A DNA stretch of 64,000 nucleotides from Octopus vulgaris (Eukaryota). A program made the position numbers and the translations under genes. This document shows, one piece after another, positions 51,760 through 64,000 of the stretch. The first letter of the stretch is position 1; the number at the start of each line of letters is the position of its first letter. A model generated the notes under the pieces. It was not told where the DNA came from. It did no database searches and was given only the letters and a program-made list of their open reading frames with translations. The stretch covers positions 42,532,001 to 42,596,000 of the forward strand of contig OX597838.1 of the NCBI GenBank assembly GCA_951406725.2, in the 5' to 3' direction.

Positions 51760-54700
51760 CCCTCCTCCCCAAACCTCACTCCATATTACCTTCCCAGTTT
51801 TCAGAGTTGGCACTGTCAATGTTGGCATACTGAAAAGTAGGTCTAGTGAGATTGTAGAGATGCTTGAAAAAAGATGGTTTAATGTATGCGGCATACAAGA
51901 GGTAAGATGGAGAGGAGCTTCAGCTAGGGTCCTCACAGGCAAGGCACATAGGTATAAAGTCTTCTGGCAAGGTAACATGGATGGTGTAGGGGGTGTTGGC
52001 ATACTTCTTGTAGAGAAATGGGTGGATAAGCTCATAGAGGTTGTCAGGGTACGTGATAGGGTGCTTAAGCCCAGGCTAGTCCTACAGAACAGCACAGCTA
52101 TAATTATCTCCGCCTACACCCCACATGCGGGGCTACCAAATGATCAGAAGGACCACTTCTATGATACCCTTCTGCAGGCTACCTCAAAGACGAGTTGAAA
52201 TGACCTCGTCTTTGTGGCTGGAGACTTCAATGGGCATGTTGGGCAGGAATCTGGTATCTTCACTAGGGTACACGGTGGCCATGGTATTGGCACCCAAAAC
52301 AATGAGGGGACTAGGCTACTGGAATTCTGTGATGCATGTAACCTTTTAATCTGCAACACTAACTTCAGGAAGCCAGACAGCCACCTTATAACCTATCAAT
52401 CAGGGGACCCTGCTAGCCAGATTGATTTCATCCTCACCAGAAGCGGGACGGAGGGTTGCTCTTAAATACAAAGACCCTCCTAGGTGAAGAATGTACCCCC
52501 CAGCATAGGTGAGTCATTAGTGACTTTAGGCTCGAGGCCAGAAGGATACCTAGAAGCAGACCAATCCAAAAATGAAGGATTTGGACGCTAAAGAACCCTT
52601 CACACGGTCAGAGATTTAGGGACATCCTCATCAAGAAATTTGATGAGAGAGAGGAGGAGTTACAGACGTCGGACATATAAGGTAGCTGGAAATTCCTACG
52701 GGACAGCTTGCTGAGTGCCACAGACCAAGTCTGTGGATGGTGCAAAGTCCCTTCCAGACCTAGAGTTACATGGTGGTGGAATAGAATGGTAGATAAAGCC
52801 GTTAGGGCAAAGGAACAGGCCTGGAAAGCCTGGAGGGATGGGGGTAGCAGGGAACGGTACCAGGTAGCCAGAAGGGAGGCTGGGCAGCAGGTATACATAG
52901 CCAAGAGTGAAGCAGAAAAGAAGAAGTTTGCCAATGTCCAGAGACGTGAGGACCAAAGAACTGAGGTATTTCAGATTGCAAGACAGTTTGTGAGAGAAAA
53001 TTATGATGTCACAACAGAGAAATGTGTTTGAATGGATGATGGTGCACTTGCTTTTAATGATTCTGAAAAGAAAGAGGCTTGGAGAAGCCATTATGATAGA
53101 CTGCTGAATGTGGAGAATGAATGGGAGGAGGAGAGCCTGCCAAATGTTGACCCAGTAGAGGGACCAGCTATCCCAATAGACAGCTCCCTAGTAGTTAAGG
53201 CAATTAAGGGTATGAAGCCAGGAAAAGCCCCTGTCCCATCAGGAATCACTGCTGAGATACTTAAAGCATCTGGTGGTGTGGGCTATGGCCTAGTCACCCG
53301 CATTGTAAACCAGGTAGTACATAACAGAGTCATACCCAATGACTGGCGTAGCAGCACCATAGTTAACTGCTACAAGGGAAAAGGTGATGCTCTAGATAGA
53401 AATAACTACAGGGGTATCAAATTGCTAGATCAGGTGATGAAGGTCACAGAGAGGGTCATAGTCCATCTCATTAGGGAGAGAGTCTGCTTAGATGAGATGC
53501 AGTTCCATTTTGTGCCGGGTAGAAGCACCATTGATGCCATATTCCTGGTTCGACAACTGCAGGAGATATACCTAGCGAAAGATAAACCCCTATCCTTAGC
53601 TTTTGTGGACTTGAAGAAAGCCTTTGACAGGGACCCCGATCCCTTATCTGGTGGGCAATGCGGAAACTGGAGATTGACGAATGGTTGATAAGGGCTGTAC
53701 AGGCCCTATACAGAGAGGCCGTTAGTAAGGTTAGGATTGGCAACGAGTATAGTGTAGAATTCCAGGTAGAAGTAGGGGTCCACCGAGGTTCAGCCCTTAG
53801 TCCCCTTCTATTCATCATAGTCCTCCAGGCAATAACAGAGGAATTCAAGACGGGTTGCCCCTCTATACTGATGACCTGGCCCTCATAGCAGAATCATTAC
53901 CGGAACTAGAAAAGAAATTTTGGGTGTGGAAGCTAGGTTTAGAATCAAAGGGCCTTAGAGTAAATGTAGCAAAGACCAAAGTTATAGTAAGCAGAAAGGC
54001 GAACTCATCATACACATATCAGGTAGGTGGCCCTGCTCGATTTATAGAAAAGGTGTAGGTAGAAACTCCATAAGATGTACCCAGTGTAAGCTACGGACGC
54101 ATAAGAGGTGCAGCAACATCAAAGGGAAATTAACTGAGAAGATAGCTTTCATGTGCGGCAGATGCACAGGAGCAATAGACACCACAGATACACAGAAAAC
54201 AGATTCCATCACACTCCAGGGGAAGAAACTAGAAGTAGTTGATAGTTTCCGCTACCTAGGTGACCAAGTTAGTAGTGGAGGTGGATGCTCAGAGAGTGTC
54301 ACCACTAGAATATGAATAGCCTGGGCAAAGTTTAGAAAGCTCCTACCCCTACTGGTGACAAAGGGTCTCTCACTCAGAATGAAAGGTAGATTGTACGATG
54401 CATGTGTGCGAACTGCCATGCTTCACAGTAGTGAAACATGGGCTGTGACTGCAGAGGACATGCGCAGACTTGAAAGAAATGAAGCTAACATGATCCGCTG
54501 GATGTGTAATATCAGTCTGCACACATGACAGAGTGTAAGCGCCCCAAGAGAAATGCTGGACATAAGAAGCATCAGATGTGGTGTGCAAGAGAGACGTTTG
54601 CGGTGGTATGGTTATATACTGCGGATGGATGAGGAGAGATGTGTGAAGAAGTGCCACTCCCAAACAGTTGAAGGTATCAGGGGGAGAGGTAGACCCAGGA

Positions 54701-55287
54701 AGACATGGGATGAGGTAGTCAGGCATGACCTTTGAACGTTGGGCCTCACAGAGGCAATGATGAAAGACCGAGATCTCTGGAGATATGCTGTGACTGCAAA
54801 GACCCGAGCTGCTTCCTGCACCAGTTTCGCATAGCAGCCCCAGCCCATTCAAAGTACCTTGGATTGCAGAACGACCTGCTGTGCTTACCTTGGATCATAG
54901 GGTGACCTGCTGTGCTTGAGGAGACCTATTGAGTCAAGTACATCAATATCAAAATAAATATCAAATGGAAATAGTAGTTGTGATACATGCGCCGGTGTCA
55001 CGTAAAAAGCACCATCCAAACATGGCTGATGCCAGCGCTGCCTTGACTGGCTTCTGTGCCGGTGGAACGTAAAAAGTACCAACTGATCGTGGCCGCTGCC
55101 AGCCTCCTCTGGCACATAAAGAGCACCCACTACACTCATGGAGTGGTTGGCGTTAGGAAGGGCATCCAGCTGTAGAAACACTGCCAGATCAGACTGGAGC
55201 CTGGTGCAGCCATCTGGTTCGCCAGCCCTCAGTTCAAGTTGTCCAACCCATGCTAGCATGGAAAGCGGACGTTAAACGATGATGATG

Positions 55288-55288
<1 letters not shown>
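51760..55288 (+). mobile_element. Near full-length RTE-clade LINE (APE, RT, Cys/His finger), inactivated
   Basis: GIQEVRW, AGDFNGHVG, QIDFIL (APE); NYRGIKLL, FVDLKKAFDR, GVHRGSALSPLLF, YTDDL (RT); CxxC/HxxC cluster at about 54030-54170; GRGRPRKTW; tail gcggacgttaaacgatgatg; several stops and frameshifts. Confidence 0.93.
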
Positions 55289-55335
<47 letters not shown>

Positions 55336-55573
55336 ATATATACATATATATACACATATATATATATATACATACATATATACATATATATACACATATA
55401 TATATATATACATACATATATACATATATATATATACACAAATATATATATACATATACATATATACACACATATATATATACATATACATATATACACA
55501 TATATATATAATATATATATACACATATATATATAATATATATATACATATATATATACACATACATATATAT

Positions 55574-55606
<33 letters not shown>

Positions 55607-55761
55607 CATATACACACATATATATACACACATATATATACACATCAACATACACACATATATATACACACACATACACATCAACATACACACAAATATA
55701 CATCAACATACACACATATATATACACATACACATCAACATACACACATATATATACACAT

Positions 55762-55806
<45 letters not shown>

Positions 55807-56484
55807 CATATATATATATATATACATATATATATACACATACATATATATATATATACATATATATATACACATACATATATATATATATATACATATA
55901 TATATACACATACATATATATATATATATCATATATATATACACATACATATATATATATATATACATATATATATACACATACATATATATATATATAC
56001 ATATATATACACACACATATATATATATACACATATATATACACACACATATATATATATATATACATATATATATACACACATACATATATATATACAT
56101 ATATATATACACACATATATATATATACATATATATATATACACACATACATATATATACACACACACATACATATATATACATATATATATACACACAT
56201 ACATATATATACATATATATATATACACACATACATATATATACATATATATATATACACACATACATATATATATACATATATATATACACACATACAT
56301 ATATATACATATATATATATACACACATACATATATATATATACATATATATACACACATACATATATATATACATATATATATACACACATACATATAT
56401 ATATACATATATATATATACACACATACATATATATATACATATATATATATACACACATACATATATATATACATATATATAT

Positions 56485-56547
<63 letters not shown>

Positions 56548-56751
56548 CACATACATATATATACACATATATATATATATACACATACATATATATACAC
56601 ATATATATGTGTATATATATGTATAAATGTGTATGTGTGTGTATATATATATATGTATATATATGTGTGTATATATATATGTATATATATGTGTGTATAT
56701 ATATGTGTGTATATATATATGTGTATATATATATGTATATATATATGTATG

Positions 56752-56784
<33 letters not shown>

Positions 56785-56856
56785 GTATGTATATATATAT
56801 ATATAAATATATATACACATACATATATATATATATATACAAACATATATATATAT
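55289..56856. repeat. (TA)/(CA) satellite field with a strand-polarity switch near 56606
   Basis: CA-rich units switch to TG-rich units at about 56607 and back near 56810. Confidence 0.93.
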
Positions 56857-56871
56857 CATCATCATCATCAT

Positions 56872-57470
56872 GAAGTAGTTGATAGCTTCCGTTACCTAGG
56901 TGACCAAGTCAGTAGCGGTGGTGAGTGTGCTGAAAGTGTAACTGCTAGAGTAAGAAAAGCCTGGGCAAAGTTCAGAGAGCTCCTACCTCTGCTGGTGACA
57001 AAAGGCCTCTCGCTCAGAGTAAAAGGCAGACTGTATGACGCTTGTGTATGAACAGCCATGCTACATGGCAGTGAAACATGGGCCGTGACTGCTGAGGACA
57101 TGCGTAAGCACGCGAGGAATGAAGCCAGTATGCTCCGATGGATGTGTAATGTCAGTGTACATACTCGACAGAGTGTAAGTACCTTGAGAGAAATGTTGGA
57201 CCTAAGAAGCATCAGCTGTGGTGTGCAAGAGAGACGATTGCGCTGGTATGGTCATGTGGCGAGAATGGATGAAGATAGGTGTGTGAAAAAGTGCCAATCC
57301 CTAGCGGTTGAGGGAACCCATGGAAGAGGTAGACCCAGGAAAACCTGGGACAAGGTGGTGAAGCATGACCTTTGAACATTAGGCCTCACCGAGGCAATAA
57401 CTAGTGACCAAGACCTTTGGAAGTATGCTGTGCATGAGAAGAGCCCACAGGACAAGTGAGTCCATCCCGT
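56872..57470 (+). mobile_element. 5'-truncated RTE copy, same family as 51760
   Basis: [17 protein letters not shown]...GRGRPRKTWDKVVKHDL, closely similar to 54232-54800. Confidence 0.92.
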
Positions 57471-57759
57471 GTCCCTTGTATGTATGTTATGTATATGTAT
57501 GTATATAGTACATATACATATATATACATACATATACACACATACATATATACACATACATACATATACATATATATATATACACATACATACATACATA
57601 CATATATACATATACACATACATATACATACACACATACATATACACATACATACATACATATACACATACATACATATATACATACATACATATATACA
57701 TACATACATATATACATACATACATATATACATACATACATATATACATACATACATAG

Positions 57760-57792
<33 letters not shown>

Positions 57793-57795
<3 letters not shown>

Positions 57796-59420
57796 AGATT
57801 TTATGAAAAAAACAAAAGACGAAGACAGGTGGTGTACAAAACAAACAGATGTATTAGCATAATGCTCAAGAATAGAAAAAGTCTTTTACGTTTCGAGCCT
57901 ATGCTCTTCTACAGAAAGGGACAGAGAAAAAACAAGGAGAGAAAAAAATGTGTGTAGTGGTAAATGATCTATCATGGCGCTAACTCGGACAGAAGGGTCA
58001 CACAAAAGGGCAAAGAAGTAGGGGAGATAACGAAGTAAAGATGACCCCCCCCCCCCAACACAAAGGTGCGTGCGTGTACAAGAGAGTATGAATGTGCGTG
58101 TGAAAGAGGGCTGGTGGTCTGGAAGTGTGTGTGTATGTGAGTGTAGGTGTGAAAATGTGGGGGTGGGTGTGTGGATGGTGTGTTGTGATGTGATGTGTAA
58201 TGTTGTATGGTGTAGTGTGGTGTGGTGTGATGTTGTTGGGAGGTGAGGGAGGCGAGAGTGAGGAAAGCATGGGTGGGGGTTCGGCTGAGGATTGGAGTAG
58301 AGTTGGAGTTTGCGGGTAGGCAGAGGGTGGGGGTAGAGGTGCAGTATGTGGGAGAGGGTGTGTGGGATAGGATGTGGGGTGGGAAGGTGGAGTAGGAATG
58401 TGTAGGGGGGGGCTTATGTGAGGAGAGAGAGGAGGAGAGAAGAGAGAAAGAGAGTAAGAGAGAAAGAGAGGGTGAAAGAGTAAAAGAGAAGAGAGAAAGA
58501 GAATAAGAGGGAATGGGAGAGAGAGGAAGGGAGGGTGAAAGAGTAAGAGAGAGGAGAGTAAGAGAGAAGAGGGAAAGTAGGGGTGAAGAGAAGTAGGAGT
58601 CGGGGCAAGAGAGGAGAGTTGGGTGGGAGGAAGTAGGAGGGAGGGGAGAGAGAGGAGAGAAGGAGAGTGAGGGAGCAGAGAGAAAGAGAGAAGAGAGAAA
58701 GAGAGTAAGAGACAAGAGGGAAAGAGAGTAGGGGTAAAGAAAAGTAGGAGTCGGGGAGGAGCTTAGATGAAGAGAGGAGGAGAGTTGAGCTCAAATGGCA
58801 TAAAAGAGCGAAGAGAGAAGATTAATGCCTGTTCACGGTGCAAAACGGGAGTCCGGAAGGCCTCTGTGCGAGGACAATCTGAACACAGACAGGTGTTGCA
58901 AGAAGTGGAGCGGAAATGGCGTGAGACCAGGGTGTCATTACCGAGGCGGATGTCTTGGAGGTGTTCCGCGAACCGGTCAGCCAAGTGGCGTCCCGTTTGT
59001 CCAATGTACAGGGAATGGCAGAGAGAGCAGGAGATGCAATAGATGATATTGCTGGAGGTGTAGGTGAAGGAGTCGATGATGTGATAGGGTCGATGATGGG
59101 TGCCAGTGAGGAGGGTGGTGTTGAAGAGGTAAGGGCAAGTGCGGTAGCGTGGGCAGGAGCAGGGGAATGAGCCAGGTTGGGAGGTAGGTTGGGAAGACGC
59201 TGTGGACCAAGAGGTCTCGTAGGTTGTGGGCTCGTTTGAAGGAGGGAAGGGGTCAGTTAGGGAAGATGTGTGAAGTGGACGGGTCGGACTGGAGATGCCG
59301 GAGCGCTCAGAGAATGGTGCGTTGGAGAGGTAGGGTGGTGGGGTGGTAGGTGAGGGGAAAAGGGAGGTGGGAGACTGCAGGACAGGTTCGGTGGGAGAGA
59401 GCAGATGCTTATTTTGATTA
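57793..59420 (-). mobile_element. Penelope-like element 3' part: GIY-YIG endonuclease, pyrimidine-rich spacer and pseudo-LTR
   Basis: ORF 58763..59458: PCSCPRYRTCPY, IIYCISCSLCHSLYIGQTGRHLADRFAEH, VSRHF, REQALIFSLRSFMPFELN; terminal 180 bp repeated at 9782-9962. Confidence 0.88.
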
Positions 59421-59516
59421 TAATCACCCCATGGATTTATATGGATGACACCATACAAAATTCTGGTGCCCCTGACTTAAGTACCATATTCATTTGAATC
59501 TAAATTTTGCTGAGCT

Positions 59517-60122
<606 letters not shown>

Positions 60123-60952
60123 CATTTATGACATGTTTATCGTTTTTCTATGAAGTGGCTGGAGACATGTTCCCCTATTGTGGAAGTAGTATCAGAGTTG
60201 GTGGGCATAGATGGAACAGCCAGCACAGGATGCTCTCCAGTGTTCAATCCTCAGAAGAGGAGACAAGCATGAAATAGCCAAATCTGCTCTTTTTAGTTCA
60301 GCTCCTGTGCCTATCCTAACTTGTGGTGGTCATCAATATTGTATTACGACCAAAAGACTGAGGCTTCCTCGGAATGGTGTCTGGAATACTGTTACTCAAC
60401 ATCACATGTAGCTCAAAGACCAGGGAATCTCTTGAGAGCCACTACTTCACTGCGTTTAAAGGTCACAGCTCCAATACTAGAAGCATGATTAGAATATTAC
60501 AGGAAACTATTGCCAGACAGATTCTTGAAGCCAAGTCAACCGGTAGGAGATGTAAGGGTGGATCAAGAAAGAGATGAGGGGATAATACCTTTACTCGCAA
60601 TTGGCAACACTTGGGAATCAAGCCAGAAATTTGTAATGAGGGTTGCTTCTATTTCTCTTTTATTTTTCCTCCTCTTTTTCTCATCCATTAAACATGTTGA
60701 TTAATTCATTACCATGTATAATTACTTCAAGATAGCATTCCCTATTCATTCTCTCAGCTTTGACTGAGACGAGAGGGTCGACACACATTCCTCTACCAAT
60801 TGTGTGAAAAATCCTAAATGTTAAATTTTACTCTTAATTCACCTGAAGAAAAGATTTTTTTATATGATGTAATGGATTTGTTCACCAATAAAGAACATGT
60901 TTGAAACAGCTGTAGTGAACATCAGCTCAACTGTGTTGTTATATGTATTATA

Positions 60953-61206
60953 CAGTAATACCTCAGTTTCTGAACAACTCTGATCACAAATAAATTGTGC
61001 TTTATCTCCTGTCTTGCTCATATTCATTTAATTCAGTACCACTTCGGTTCACGAATAAATCGTGCTTTATATATATGTATGTATCTTTCTTGAGACAGCA
61101 TTCACCCAGGGTGGGTTGAACTGGCTTCATTCATCCTCAATGTATGTAAATATATGAAGCATGATTTATTTGTGATCAGAGTTGTTCGAAAACCAAGGCG
61201 CTACTG
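60953..61206. mobile_element. Tc1/pogo(Tigger)-like MITE
   Basis: TA|cagta... ...tactg|TA with about 50-bp imperfect TIRs (gaacaactctgatcacaaataaat / atttatttgtgatcagagttgttc). Confidence 0.82.
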
Positions 61207-61209
61207 TAT

Positions 61210-61410
61210 ACTCTTTTATTTGTTTCAGTCATCTGACTGTGGCCATGCTGGAGCACTGCCTTTAGTCGAACAAATCGACCCCAGGACTTATTCTTTGCAA
61301 GCCTAGTACTTATTCCATCAGTCTGTTTTGTTGAACCGCTAAGTTACAGGGATGTAAACACACCAGCAATATTTGTCAAGTGATGGTGGGGGCACAAACA
61401 CAGACACACA
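61210..61410 (-). mobile_element. SINE 3' half
   Basis: Matches 17684-17885. Confidence 0.78.
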
Positions 61411-61924
61411 CACAAACACACACACACATAGATTTACATACATGTGTGTGTGTGTGTGTGTGAATGCACATGCATATCATACACACACATTATATATATC
61501 ATATCTTAAAAAATGTATTTCCTGCCAAAACAGACAATAGGCCCCAATGCTGGTCTTAGGCCCATCAGACACTGTCAGTGTCCAACCCATATTAGCACTG
61601 ATTATGGACATTAAACGATATTTGAATGACGCATGTATACATATCAATCAAAGAGTACAATATTATATATCCATCACGGCCAGTCTTAGAAATCAGTTTC
61701 ATACTACCAATTGGTTGTGTTCAATGGAGTGTTAGCTAACAGACTAATTATGAAACCTTGCTCTCTTCAGAGGTAACAGTTATGGAATGAAATATGACAA
61801 TTGCTCTCTATTGTTGGAGATGAATAGACACAGATATATACACATACATAATTACATATACATATAAATATATTAATATTTCGCTTAGGCATAGTGAGAC
61901 TAATAACCTGGGCATATGTGTATG

Positions 61925-61958
<34 letters not shown>

Positions 61959-63497
61959 CATGCATGCCTGTATATATGTGTATGTCTCGCTCTCTTTCTC
62001 TCTCTCTCTCTATATATATATATATGCAAATGAGTGCATGCACCCACCCATATGTCTCCCTTTTAATCTCTTCCCTAAGTACATGCGTATATGTGCAGAC
62101 TTTCTTCTACCTTGGGATAAAACTTCCCATAAACATCAACATAAACTTTGTCACTCGTAATACCTGTATGCTCACTAAATGTAACTTTCCCAAATAAAGT
62201 ACAGTTCATATTCAGGGCTCTGATAAAGCTATAGAATGCTATCCCGGCACTCAGTTAAGAGTCCACCACATCTAATAGCAGAAACAGCTGTAAGCCACTG
62301 AAGTTCATTACATAATATTTGGTTTTACCAGTGTCATCTCTTCATTTCCAATTACTACTCTATACTATATTATATATACATATATACATATATATATATA
62401 TATATGATATACAAAAATATGTGTTTAAATATCATGATGTAAATGTAACACTGAAACATATTTTACGTATGTTGAGTAGAGAGGTGTGATAAGTTTATTC
62501 CAGCAAAAGTTGACAGTTTGCTCTCAGTTTAGTCCCTGGTTGGGCTTTTGAACACACACACACACACACACACACATGATGAAACAATATACATATATAC
62601 GTACATAAATATTTGAAATATATATTGTGTGATATATATATATATATATATGATATGACATATATATTGTCTGTGATACATATATCATATACATTATATA
62701 TATATATATTTCTATATGTATACTTATATGTAAATATACACACAAAACACACACACACACACACAGGTATATATATGTAACCATATATGTAAACACACAC
62801 ACACATACAAGCGTGTGTTATTATCTCTGTTGCTTTACTGTTAGATTTAAATAAGTCAATTCGTCGCTATTGTACGTTTTGTATTTAACCAAAATACGAA
62901 ATATCACGAAATGTTACTCAGGAAATATTAGAATTTTAAAAGCTTTACCTTCCGCTTAATGAAGAAATAAAACTACATACATATGCCGCTCCATACCCAC
63001 CTCATACATACATACATACGTACATACATACACACACACACATGTATATATATGTATATCAGCGTGTTTATATGTTTCAACTAATGACAGGTTCGTGTTA
63101 GACTATTCACCTTTGTAATGGGTGTAGGAACGACGAAGGAACACAGCTCGCAAATGGATATTTTGACATGAAAATAATCGAAAAATGGTCAGTTTAGAAG
63201 AATAAAGAAATAAGGATACCTGTCGGTTTGTGTAGAGTGGCGGGACAACATCAGCTTTCGACAGCCTGTACGTGTCAGAGGAGTAGCCGAAGACATCCGT
63301 GAAAGTCTGCTAGCAACAGATATTATATGGTGAACAAAAGAGCTGTGTGTGTGAGTGTGTGTGTGTTGGAATATAGGTAGAGAGAGAGAGAGAGAGACAG
63401 ATAGATAGATAGACAAACAACAGACAAACAGCTACCTATACATCTGTCTATTTATCGACCTGTCTATCCATCTGGCTATCTAACTTGACAGATAGAC

Positions 63498-63564
<67 letters not shown>

Positions 63565-64000
63565 CAGAGATTGGTAGATAGATAGATAGATTAACAGTTA
63601 TAGGCAGATAGATAGACAGACAGGCAGGCAGACGGACAGACAGGTAGTTAGATGTAAAGGTAAAGTAATCGGTAATTAAAGAGAAACAGGTAGGTCGACA
63701 GATATGATTGATAGACGGAGCCTAAAAGCAGCGAAAAATGGAGATATTGTGGCTTACAAAATGGAACTAAGTGTATCTAGGTTGATGTTGTCTCGAATGG
63801 ATTCTAGCAATGGCCATTGAACCTTACAATTAATGTTTGTCTCTGTGTGAGTGCGTGTGTGTGTATTTATGTCTGTCAACGAGAACAGCTTACATAAGTG
63901 GTTAAGAGATACAGTCTCTGTTAATCGTGTCGACTTATGATCAAAGGCTTTCCAGCCACGACCACCTGTCTTTTGTGTGCGTTTTAGCACATCCTGCGGC

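Noticed and set aside
48207-51772. Very long ORFs (up to 826 aa) rich in Y/I/H/T or C/V/M
   Set aside because: Translations of stop-free (TA)/(CA) microsatellite; the same applies to 33928-34541, 55234-56871 and 59490-60125
51760-54735. Active autonomous RTE
   Set aside because: Multiple in-frame stops and frameshifts split the ORF

Overview
Eukaryotic, AT-rich, repeat-dense genomic DNA, most likely from an octopus or other coleoid cephalopod. This is inferred from the tRNA-headed SINE families, the RTE/CR1/Penelope/mariner relics and the very long (TA)/(CA) fields; no database search was possible. Two convergent spliced genes were assembled by hand with phase-consistent GT-AG introns. (1) On +, the 3' part of an unidentified Ser/Pro/Asn/Gln-rich, probably disordered protein (5 exons, 1893-17036). 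(2) On -, a complete 350-aa type I membrane protein with signal peptide, CUB-like ectodomain, TM helix and PPxY tail (5 exons, 46427-33569). The rest is mobile DNA and simple repeats, and most long ORFs in the track are microsatellite artefacts. The most unusual structures are: a canonical-core type I hammerhead ribozyme (10061-10159) with a near-perfect antisense copy of its cleavage region immediately upstream; several other (TA)n-flanked foldback cassettes, one with a circularly permuted junction; tiny tail-to-tail RTE 3'-end palindromes inside a duplicated 1.2-kb microsatellite unit; a one-orientation SINE array downstream of gene 2; and a 20-bp minisatellite of AGGTCA sites.
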